NCBI RefSeq assembly: GCF_036321535.1 | Contig: NC_087472.1 | Location: 96,350,001 to 96,414,000, forward strand | Direction of reading: 5' to 3' | Length of the DNA stretch: 64,000 nt | Origin: Camelus dromedarius | Lineage: Eukaryota | In this document: positions 1 through 10,530 of the stretch, piece by piece | How positions within the stretch are numbered: position 1 is the stretch's first letter | How the letters are laid out: each line of letters opens with the position of its first letter | Translations under genes and position numbers: made by a program | Notes under the pieces: model-generated | Database searches by the model: none | What the model was told of the DNA's origin: nothing | Seen by the model: only the letters and a program-made list of their open reading frames with translations

Positions 1-47
1 GAATAAATAAATATAATTACCTCCCCCCAAAAAAAACAAAAAAAAAT
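1..47 (+). mobile_element. 3' tail of a Vic-1-like SINE
   Basis: AATAAATAAATATAATTACCTCCCCCC plus A-rich tail, the same tail as the full copy at 3500-3617. Confidence 0.6.
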
Positions 48-114
48 TTTTTAATTGAAGTAGAGTTGATTTACAATGTCATGTTAGTTCCTGGTATACA
101 GCATAGTGATTCAG

Positions 115-171
<57 letters not shown>

Positions 172-295
172 TTCCTCATGTAGGGTTTTTTATATATATA
201 TATAATACATATATATATTCCTTTTCAGATTGTTTTCCATTATAGGTTATTACAAGATAATATAGTTCCTTGTGCTGTACAGTAGGACCTTGGTG
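48..295 (-). mobile_element. L1 3' end (artiodactyl type)
   Basis: TTTAATTGAAGTAGAGTTGATTTACAATGTCATGTTAG...CATTATAGGTTATTACAAGATA...GTAGGACCTTG is the reverse-oriented L1 3'UTR end also seen near 24780 and 32762. Confidence 0.8.
115..170. repeat. (AGAT)14 tetranucleotide microsatellite
   Basis: Perfect tandem array read directly. Confidence 0.95.
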
Positions 296-902
296 TAGAC
301 TTGCCATTTAAAAAATTATGTCTTTTAAACAATAAGTCTCAGAACTTTCATTGATCCAGCCTGATTATTCCTTCTCCTGACTCAGAATCAAAAGGGCGTA
401 ACTGCAGGACTTCAAAGGGAATCAAATTATGGGGCAAGGCTGACTCTTCCAAGCAACTGCCCTCATTCACCTTGAGTGAATCTTGGACGCTTTTGCTTTG
501 AAGAATAAGGGAGGGTGGAGTGTTGAGGAATTTGCTTTTGCCCGCCAGGATGAATGCAGCACTTTGAATGGCACCCCTTATTCATACACATCAAGGCTTT
601 CTTCAGATAAAAACAGACAAGTCACCACCAGGCACAAGGCCTTCACCCTGCCTGCCTACAGCCCACCCAGGATTTCATTTAAACCCTGGACCCTTAGCAA
701 GACATTCAAGTCCTCTAATTTTTTACTGATTGCAAAATCAAACTGATGCCCAGTGGAAAATTCTTTCCTTCATTTAGGGCAGGGATTGTTAACTAATATT
801 AGATACTTGCCAGAGAATCTGGGTTTGAGGTGGTACTCTGTATCAAAAAGACACTTTTCACCTTCCCTCTGATTCTCTCTCTCTCCTCCTTCCCTGGCAT
901 CT

Positions 903-1274
903 GGGGTTGCCCAGGATAAAATATAGGCCATCCAGTGAAATTTGAATTTCAGATAAACAATAAATATATTTTAGTCCATGTATGTCTCGTGTCCTATTTG
1001 GAACATACTTATACTTAATTTTTAATTTTTTTTAATAAAGTTTATTCTTTTAGAGCAGTTTCAGGCTCACAGCAGAACTGAGCAGAAAATACAGAGTTCA
1101 CACACAGTCCTCCCCACGCACACATATATACTCCCCTACCCTCAACATCCCTCAACAGTGTGGCATATTTACATACTTATACTTTAAAACTTACTTGATT
1201 ACGTGAAATTCAAATCTCACTGGATGTCCTGTACTGATTGAATTTTTTTTTTTTGGCTAGATCTGGCAACCCTA
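903..1274. mobile_element. MER53-like palindromic hAT MITE split by an L1 fragment
   Basis: Inverted ends GGGTTGCC...GGCAACCCT and internal inverted GAAATTTGAATTTCAG / GAAATTCAAAT arms. Confidence 0.75.
1017..1170 (-). mobile_element. 5'-truncated L1M(B) 3' end with 14-bp TSD
   Basis: ACATACTTATACTT at 1003-1016 and 1171-1184 flank a T-rich tail plus TTTTAGAGCAGTTTCAGGCTCACAGCAGAACTGAGCAG. Confidence 0.8.
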
Positions 1275-1794
1275 CATGAGTCTCTTTATCCAACTTTGTT
1301 TTGTTCTTTCTCCTAAAATTTTATTTTCATGGGCTTTCTTCCCAGTTTTATTCTCCTCTTTAAGAAGAGTTATTTCTTCACCTTCTGCTCTTATTTGGGG
1401 GGTATGAATGTTTAGTGATTTCAGATTGTAATGGGCAGCCCTGGGCTTCTCTATAAAAGGGCTCAGAGCCACTCATCAGGTGAGAATTGAAGAGGGCGTA
1501 TCTGAAGCCATTTCTCCTGATATTCCACCCTCAGCAAGTACTCCTTTGAATTAAGCATTGTCTTCACTAGGTGGCACTTCTAAAACATCTCTGGGAAACA
1601 GTAACACAAATTATCAATACCTTAAGAGAAGTGGTAGTAATGATTTTAAAATTTTATCTCCATCTACCTTGTGAAAATAAACACTTTTTTGAAAGTATAA
1701 CCGAAGTGTGTCCAATTAATAAGGACACAGCTGGATGAATTTTCCTCAAATGAACATACTCAGGTAACCAGCGCCCAGATCAAGAAACACGACA

Positions 1795-2140
1795 TGGGGA
1801 AAGAAATCCTGTCACAGGCTACAATATGGATAAACCTTGAGGATATTATGCTACATGAAATAAACTAGTCACAAATACTGTATGATTCCACTCATATGAG
1901 CTATCTGGAGTAGTCAAATTCATAGAAATAGGAAGGAGAATGGTGGTTACCAGGGGCCAGGGGGAGGGGGCCATGGGGAGAACTTGTTTAATGGGCCAAG
2001 AGTTTTCAGTTTTGCAAGATGAAAGTTTCTGGAGATGTGTCTCACGTCCATGTGAAGATACTTAACACGACTGAACTATACACTTAGAAGCAGTTCAGGT
2101 GGTAAATTTCATGATATATATACTTCCCACAGTAAAAAAG
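1795..2140 (+). mobile_element. L1M(B) 3' end inserted into an older reverse L1ME fragment (about 1685-2240)
   Basis: GGATAAACCTTGAGGATATTATGCTA...GTAGTCAAATTCATAGA...GAACTATACACTTA is typical L1M 3'UTR. The flanks continue a reverse L1ME motif (CCCAGATCAAGAAAC...ACCAGCTCCCCAGAAGCC). Confidence 0.7.
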
Positions 2141-3499
2141 ACCCCCAGAAATACAATGTTACCAGCTCCCCAGAAGCCCTCATGCCCCTTGCCAGTCACT
2201 CCTCCTGGTCTAAGAAGACGATTATCCTGATCTCTAAAAGGAGCCCATCAGCTTTAAAAAGATTCTAGAGTTAGTAGGAAAAAGTTTCTCAGACGCCCTT
2301 CCTTCTGACAGGGAGCCTCCTGCAAATCAGAAAAGGATTCGACCATGGCTACCACAGTGCCTAGCAAACAGAAGTAGCTCAAAAAGGCTCGCTAATTCCA
2401 GGCTGATGAGAGCCTTAGGCTTGCGGTTGTGGGAGGAGCAGAGGGAAGAAAAGGGCACCGAAGAAAGATGAAAGTGCTGGAAACAAATGCCAGCCACTTT
2501 GTCATCTTGCCAAAGGTTAGCCCTGCATATTCATTACAGGTTTATTCACTGATGATGCATTTTTGTTCCTCTTTCACTGTGTTGACAACATGATCTGTAG
2601 GTTTATATTTGAATCCAGCCCAAAGTATAGAGTTATTTTTTGTTACTGTGTGCATAGCTCTAACTGCTTATTTTCTTACCAGGGTGTTTATCGCCAATGT
2701 GTATGGCATGAGACGAAATAGATGTGCTTGTTAATGCTTGCCTCCCAATTCCTCAAGGGAAAATTCTAAACGCAAGGAAATTCAGGTTCACTTCATTTTA
2801 CAGCCGCCTTAAGATTTGATCCACTGGACTTTTTGATTATGTCCTTTTCCAAGAGGGCACCAAATGTTCCAAAGAACAAATGACAAAACTGTAAGCATTG
2901 ATCAAGAAAATGGATAAAATTGCTATTTTAGACCACACATGGTAGTGGCTGAGGCCGAGTTTAACAATCTTTTACAGACTTGAAGCCAAGGGAATAAGTT
3001 ATGCCACTTTCTAATGTCAGATGGTAGGCAGATAGCCTGGGGACCTTGGAGACAAACAGTATTGTCACATTATGCTAAGGATTAGTTATTTAGATCAGTG
3101 GTCTCAGACCCAATGGTCCCTTTTATAATATGTATTTAGTTGTCCTACCATACTGATTTGAAATGAAATAGGTGATACCACATACCCCTACAATCATTGT
3201 AAAACAAAAAAACCCAACATAATGACCTAGTAGAAAGGAGGAATAAAAGGAAAGAAATTTATAATAAAATAGCATGCATCTCAAAGTGTAAACCCTCAGG
3301 CATGGCAACACTGACAACAAAATAGCCAGATACTTAGACTAATCATAACATCACTGTGAGTGACAGCTCGAGACACAGACCAACACAGGTGTGTTTTAGT
3401 GGCAACTCAAATGACAAAAGCAGTCCTTCAAAAGTTGCTATGACTTCCCAACATGGTGAATGACTCTTGGAAGATTCTAAGTGAAACTAAATGCAAGCA

Positions 3500-3617
3500 G
3501 GGGGAGGGTATACCTCAGTGGTAGAGTGCACGCTTAGCATGCATGAGGCCCTGGCGTCAATCTCCAGCACCTCCATTTAAAAAATAAATATATAAACCTA
3601 ATTACCCTCCCCTCAAA
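3500..3617 (+). mobile_element. Vic-1-like tRNA-derived SINE
   Basis: GGGGGAGGGTATACCTCAGTGGTAGAGTGCACGCTTAGCATGCATGAGG...CTCCA plus A-rich tail. TSD AAACTAAAT(G/A)CAAGCA at 3484-3499 and 3618-3633. Confidence 0.85.
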
Positions 3618-4438
3618 AAACTAAATACAAGCATCCTTCAGTTTATACTATGCTCGCATTCTTGGAAATTAAGTGCTTATTTTCACCTACATGAAGGTTC
3701 AGCAGGATATCTGAAGGTCATCTGGAACATGGAACAATTTCCAATTCTAGCATTGCTGGGCCCCACCCTTTAAATGTCAATAGTGCCTCCCAATCATTGT
3801 GATAACCAAAAAATGCCACCACCAATTTCTAAAATCCACCCCTACCCCCGGATAATACTGCCTCCCATTTAGTAGTCCTCGCATAGAATTTAAAAAATTC
3901 TTTGCAGGACCATTTAAAAAAATCTTAAAATGCATCATTGATAAAAAGGAGCCATATCCTCAGCAATTCACTCATTGGTGATTCATATTCCTTCACATTT
4001 TTTGGAAAAATTTGATCTTTGATTTTACGATCCCACCAAAACAGAGTTTCCCAATATCTGAGACTGTAAGATCATCAAGAGAGTCAATAAACAAAATGAC
4101 ATAGTACTTTTTTCTTGGGAATACTTACTTAGTATTTTAGTCATTAAAATAATAGGTTGATGAAGGGGAAAAGAAGAGCAAAACCCTGCAGGTTGTCTTA
4201 TCAAGAAAAGCAATTTAATGAGAAGGTGTCATACAGATCTAGGATAGCAGCAAATATTGTAATTATTGTTTTGTTCCATTTTTGCAGTTATTCTGTTTAG
4301 TTGTTTTTTTCTCAAAAATGTTCAGTAATTGTGAAAATTCCTTACTAGCAACATAAATATAAATCAAACATCTTACAAATGCTACCAGTTGCAGTCTATA
4401 GAGCACTGCCCTCAAGTGGGGTTTCTGTGTCTTGGGGC

Positions 4439-4658
4439 GAGTGGTGGGCTGGGGCCAACTGGTTCTAGCTCAGAAGAGTTCACTGCACTCATCTCTTCCC
4501 ACTCTGCACTCGGTAATGTCATGCTGGGAACCTGAAATCAGCAGGGATGGAAGTATTCACACCATGGAAACTGGCAAACGCTACAAATCAAGTCCACCCT
4601 CACCCACGCATCCTCACTCCCAGAGAGCCTATTGTTAAACAGCCACCAGATACCAGTG
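4439..4658. mobile_element. hAT MITE (MER63-like)
   Basis: AGTGGTGGGCTGG...TATTCACACCATGGAAACTGGCAAACGCTACAAATC...CCAGATACCAGTG resembles the recalled consensus, with degenerate terminal inverted repeats. Confidence 0.55.
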
Positions 4659-5080
4659 TGAGGGCTGGCTTGCAGGAAAGAACAACCTGACACAGAAGTA
4701 CAAAAGAAGACTTTGTTATAAACTCTTTTTGAAAAGGCCTGTCCACATTGGGCCCTCTAGCGTTTCATCACATTCTAGTAAGGTACAAAATGATGGATCA
4801 TAAATGACCAAGGAGCCAAAACTAAACAGAAACATTAATTCACTCGCATCCAAATATTTACTTAGTACCAAATATGTGCAAAAAATTCTTCCTGGGCCAA
4901 GGCACAAATTAAATAAGTATATAATGTGCAATGGATCAATTTAAAACAAATATCTGACCATCAACACTAGTATTTTTCACCCTTATCAAAGGGGATACTG
5001 ACCTTTATAAAAAGCACTGTGCCAAGTATTAAGCAAGTATTATCTTGTTTGATCCTCACAGCTACCCTGTAAGGCAATCA

Positions 5081-5160
5081 TTAGGCTGAACCATATGAAA
5101 TCACTGATAGTTGACCATTTTTGACCCCTACACGTGGCAATTTCATAGGGTTTCACCCAA
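5081..5160. mobile_element. MADE2 mariner-derived 80-bp MITE
   Basis: TTAGGCTGAACCATATGAAAT...ATTTCATAGGGTTTCACCCAA, 80 bp with inverted ends, lying inside MIR-like sequence. Confidence 0.8.
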
Positions 5161-6392
5161 TATTATTTTCTCTATTTTACGGACAAGGAAGCCGAGACCC
5201 CAACATATCGATTTGTCAAATGTCAAAATATCCCTATTAAGTGACTAAGCTACGACTCCTTGCAGACCTGTGATTTCCACCACACACACTTCCCAAATAA
5301 AGGAATGGTAAGTTCATTTGATATGTTGCAAACACTGAAAGAAATCCTAGAATTAAACTGCCTTGAAATAACTCACTGTGGGAAAAAAAAAAAACTAAAT
5401 TAAAGACATGTGTTTTGCCACTTTACTAAGTATTGGCTCCCTGGGTTTCTTAATCATAAGTGATTAGAAATAATCATAATTGTTGATACATTTTAGAGAC
5501 TGAACAACATTTAATATAGACAGCAACCATTGTTTAATTCGTTCTTCAGAAATCAAATTAATGTTTATTTGTACTTAAGAAATCCCATTAACGTTCAATT
5601 TATACTTGAGAAATTAATGTTTATTTTGTACTTGGATGACTTTTAAAATGCTGTGCTATGACTAGTACCAACTATCAAAGACCTTAGAGTCACCGTCTAT
5701 GATTCTCAACCCACTAGAACCGTCAATGTGTCAGAAAAGGATTATAGTCACAAATGTTTGAACCAAAGGGTGTGGTATAGGAGTCTCTTACATTTTTCAA
5801 TTAAAACTTACAGTAAAATCTTGACATAATACACATATGTATATATATACGGATATAATTGAAACAAGTTTCATGGAAATTTTTACTCGTGGTATGTGAA
5901 AAACACTCTGATATTTTCTATTCTAATCTATTCTATTCTATTCTATTCTATTTTTAAATGCAGATCACAACTTAGTATATCATTTTCACAAGCTCACTAA
6001 TGTGTTGGAATCCCCAGTTTGAAAACCTTTTTTATAGCCCCCATTTTATTCATTTCCCTCTAAGTTACTTTGTTCTTTTCACCTAGAACTTTGGCCTCCG
6101 ACTTAACCAGCTTCCTTTCTTCCTTCTTTCAATAAATATTTACAGATCATCTGCTCTGTGCCAGACACTGTGCTAAGTGCTGGACATGCAATGGATTTGT
6201 ATCCACATCCCAGGACCCCACATCCATTCAATTATCACACATATAAATGCAAACTTTCAACTGTGCTTGGTGCTACAAAGGACAGGTTCCAAGAGAGGAG
6301 GATATGACCTAACAAAGGAAGACTTATGAGGAAATGGCATCTGAGCTGAGATGTAAAGATGTATTCTGTTCTATTTCATTAAGATAATGCTG

Positions 6393-6568
6393 AGGACTTA
6401 CTGTATAGCACAGGAAACTGTATTCAATTTCTTGTAATAACATATAATGGAAAAGAATCCGAAAATATATATATATATAGGTATGTATAACTGAATCACT
6501 TTGCTGTACATCTGAAACTAACACTGTAAATCAACTACACTTCATTAAAAAGTAAAATAAAAAAAAAA
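6393..6568 (+). mobile_element. 5'-truncated L1 3' end with TSD
   Basis: ACTGTATAGCACAGG...ACTGAATCACTTTGCTGTACA...poly(A). TSD AAGA(T/A)AATGCTG at 6381-6392 and 6569-6580. Confidence 0.8.
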
Positions 6569-6584
6569 AAGAAAATGCTGGCTA

Positions 6585-7825
6585 CCCCCCATTATCCCCA
6601 ACCTCTAATCTACTTTCAGCAACCACAAATCTTTTTGTCCTTATAGATCTGCTTGTTCTAGACATTTTATATAACAGAATCACGTATCATATAATATGTG
6701 GTCTTTTGTGACTATCTCCATTCACTTACTATAACATTTTCAAGGGTCCATCTGTGTTATAGCATTGTATGGACAGACCAAATTATGCATATCCATTTGT
6801 CAGTTGATGGACATTTGGGTTGTTTCCACTTTGGGCTACTGAGAAATGCTGCTATGAACATTTATGTCCAAGTTTTTTTATGGACCTATGCTTCCATATC
6901 TCTTGGGTATATACCTAGGAGTGAAATTGGTGGATCAAATGGTATCTCTAATTTTAACATTTTAAGGAACTGGCAAACTATTTTCTGAAGCAGCTGCACA
7001 ATTTTACATTCCTACCAGCAGTGTATGAGGGTTCCAATTTCTCCATATTTTGCCAACACGTGTTTATTAACTGATGATTTGATTATAACCATGCTAGTGG
7101 TGTGAAGTGCATCGTGGTATTGGTTTGCATTTCCTTGATGGCTAATGATGTTGAACATCTTTTTATCTGTTTACTGGCCATTTGTATATTGTCTTTGGAG
7201 AAATGGCTATGCAAATTGTAGCCCCCTGACTGTGGGAACAAAGGAACGAGCCTTGGGCTGGAATGGTAAACAAGTTATAAAAAGCTGCAGACTCAGAGGT
7301 GAGACGGCTGGTTAGCCAAGGCCAGGTAAGATCCCCAGAGGGGGGCAACCTAAGACAGGCACAGCCGCCTGAGGCCAAGAAGAATGTTGTTAAGCAGCTG
7401 TTTCTCGTACATTCCGCCCTGATAAGCTGTAAGGCTCGCTGGTGCCAACACAAACATGATTTACCAAAACATAAAGGGTCTTCTGACCTTGAGCCAGACG
7501 CTGCCTGTTAACCATTTCCCTTATCATTCTTCTTTGCTATATAAGACTGTGTAACTTAATAAAGCTTTAGACTAGCCATCAGCTCTCTCTGCATACAGTG
7601 TGTATGTGTACATGATATTGCGACACCAACACAAATGACTTGCCTATTTTTAAATTGGGTTAGTTATCTTTTTATTATTGAGTTTTAAGTGTTCTTTATA
7701 TATTTTAGCTACAAGTCCCTTATCACATAATTTGCAAACATTTTCTACCATTCTGTGGGTTGTCTTCTCACTTTCTTGATGATGTCCTTTGTAGCACAAA
7801 AAAAATTTTAATTTGATGAAGTCCT
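6585..7825 (-). mobile_element. L1M fragment (ORF2 C-terminus and 3'UTR) interrupted by a solo LTR
   Basis: GATGGACATTTGGGTTGTTTCCAC...TTTACATTCCTACCAGCAGTGTATGAGG; the L1 sequence resumes seamlessly after 7636. Confidence 0.85.
7217..7631 (+). mobile_element. ERV solo LTR (415 bp)
   Basis: TG...CA termini, perfect TSD CAAAT (7212-7216 and 7632-7636), TATATAA 7538-7544, AATAAA 7558-7563. Confidence 0.85.
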
Positions 7826-10088
7826 AACACCCAATTTTACACCACACTTCCATGATCACTTCAACTGTCAACTCCATTTTACCTCAACAATGGACCTTGG
7901 TAGCACCCAAAGCTGTTTGAACTCTGCTTTCTTAAACTCCAGTATTCCCAGTATTCTACTCTTAGGGTAAAATCCTTTGTCCTTCTAACTCTCTCTCCAC
8001 CTTGCTTCTATCACATATGCTCTGTAAACCCTCTAAGACCTCCCATCGTCAGCCATCTGTTTTCTCCCTGGTTTGTCACTTTCTTCTTTCCAATCTTCTC
8101 ATCTTTCACTCTTATCCAGACTAGTCCTTACAGCCCAGCTCTACAAACTCTCCATTCACAGCATATTCTACTCCTTTGCCCCACTCTCTTTTTGTTATAC
8201 TTGTTCTGCAACCTCCAACCATATATCAATCTAACCAGTTGCCTTCTCTTCTCTACTTCTACTGCTAGCAAGCAGCATTGAAAAACTCATGCAACCTTAT
8301 GCATTGGTACCACTCCTGATTTATGTTCTCCAATATCAACTGTGCTCTTAAACCTGCCCTGCCATCTTTTAAAAAAAACCCATTTTAGCTTCCTCTCCCA
8401 TTCCCTGATGACAACTCTACTTCTCTCCCCTTCACTCATATCATTCCCATCTTCCTTGAACAAGACAAGATAACTTGTCTCCTTGGTGTGTGCTGTTCCT
8501 TTGTCATAAACACTCTTCCACCAGGTCCTTGAATGGCTGGAAACACTTTGTCATTCAGGTCTCAGTTCAAATGTCACCTCATCAGAGAGGCCTCCCCTAT
8601 TCATCCCCGTCTACTGTTACTACCTTCCTCCCATTGCCACATTACCCTGATTTATTTTCTTAATTTCTTTATCTGTGCTATCTGTCTGGAAAAGTCTTAC
8701 TCACACTTCTAAAACCCTTTACTAGCTAAAGGTAGAGACTTGCTTCTCTGTGCTTGCACAGTACCCTGGGTAGAGCTCTCATATCCTGTACGGAACCCTT
8801 ACTAGGTAGCTGTTACTTATGGATTACAGGTCTGTGTTCCTCTTCCACATACCAAGCTCCTTGCAGATAGGTGCTGTGTCTTGTTCTTCTTTGGCTTCCT
8901 GAAGGTGCCCAGCACCGATCAGGCACTCAATATGTGTGGGAGAGAGGTAGAGAAACCCATTATCTACATAGCAGGGGATCCACCCATCATGAATAAGGAT
9001 TAGCAATTACTGGGAAAAAACTGTGGAAACTGTAATACAAACTAAACCCTACTAGGCATTATTTTTTATTATTTTTAAAATTTTGGGGGGGGGAGGAAAT
9101 AAGGGGAAAGTGTCTGAACATAGGGAACTAGATAAGTAAACTATGGCTCATCTACTCGTTGGAATTTCATGTTGCTATTAAGATGTCTGACGTCCAACAA
9201 GAGATAATGACATGGGATGTGCTTATGCTATGATGATAAGGAAAACGTAACACCTGTACATAGAAAGCTTGAAAGAAATGAATGTAATGCTGAGTTGAGT
9301 TTTCTTTATGCATGAGAAACACATGCATAAAGTTTTCTTCTTCCCTGAATTCTAATTTTCTCTGTATATACATTGTTTTTAAACTGAAATGAGGCCTAAT
9401 ATTTTATCTCTTTCTTTAGTCACATTCTTTCTTTAGTTCATATAATTTCAAATATTAATTTATTAATATGCTGGAAAAAGCTGAAGAATGCAGAGTGATT
9501 TATCCAGCCCCCCTCAACAAATTAATGACGGAAAAAGAAATATTACGGTAATCCTAAAGTGACATTGGGGAACAACACTAATTTCCTGTAGGCTCGGTAC
9601 CAACCATATTATATTTCAGACAGTTCTGTACTAGGTGCTTGGTAATAGGCTAAATAGCATAAAAGAGGGGGAGACTACAGGTGAAGTCTCATTTAAATCA
9701 AAGTGGGTATAACTCACTTTAAGGAAACAAAATACATGCAAATGAATAAATTTGGCCTTTTAAATGACAGGATTCACAAGAGAATTAGTTTGAGTTCTAA
9801 ATTCCCATAATATATTTAAAACATGGCCCTACTCAGGCAATTTATCAGAGAAGATATTTACCAAGTGAAAGCCCGACTATGATTCAGATACCAGAACAAA
9901 GATCAAATACAACAGATTCCAGAAAGTTCCTCAGAATCACAAAAGGATTTTTAGAACTTGGACATGCCTTATATTGAACACATCCTTTGGATGAGGAGCC
10001 ACTCCAACTAGGGACTGAGTTTAAGAATAAATCATTTAAAGGAAAGTGAAAAGAACAAATTTCCATAAAACAGATAAAGGCAGGAGGA

Positions 10089-10530
10089 TGTCTTAGTTTG
10101 GATTCCCCCAGAAGTAGGCACTGAGATATATATATACATATATATCTGTATATATATGTATATATATATCTATGTATATATATATAGGATTCCAGTGCAA
10201 GTAGTTGATGTGGGAAGAGATTTCTGGACATTCAGTAGGGCAATGGGGAAGCGAGAACAGGAAGGGGAGGGAAGGAAGCCACTTAAGGGGGTATTACCGA
10301 GCAAGCTGCCACCATGGGCCGCTGGAACATCACCCTGCTGGGGGATCCGGGGTGACCAGAGGGAACACACGCATCCCAGTCACCCTGTCTGAGAAGCGAG
10401 GGCACTTTGGATGGCTCTCACACCCAGATTGCGTCTCAGGGCAGAGCGGCTGGTGCTGGCTGTTGGAAGTTGCGCCCATGTGTGTGAAAATGCAGAGGGT
10501 TAGGATTGGGAAAGCAAAGCATCTGCGACA
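10089..10530 (-). mobile_element. ERVL-class solo LTR (LTR16-like) with internal (TA)n
   Basis: Begins TGTCTTAGTTTGGATTCCCCCAGAAGTAGG and ends CATCTGCGACA. TA-rich tract at about 10127-10185. Confidence 0.65.

Noticed and set aside
1451..1462. Consensus TATA box CTATAAAAGGGC
   Set aside because: Isolated motif with no downstream gene structure.
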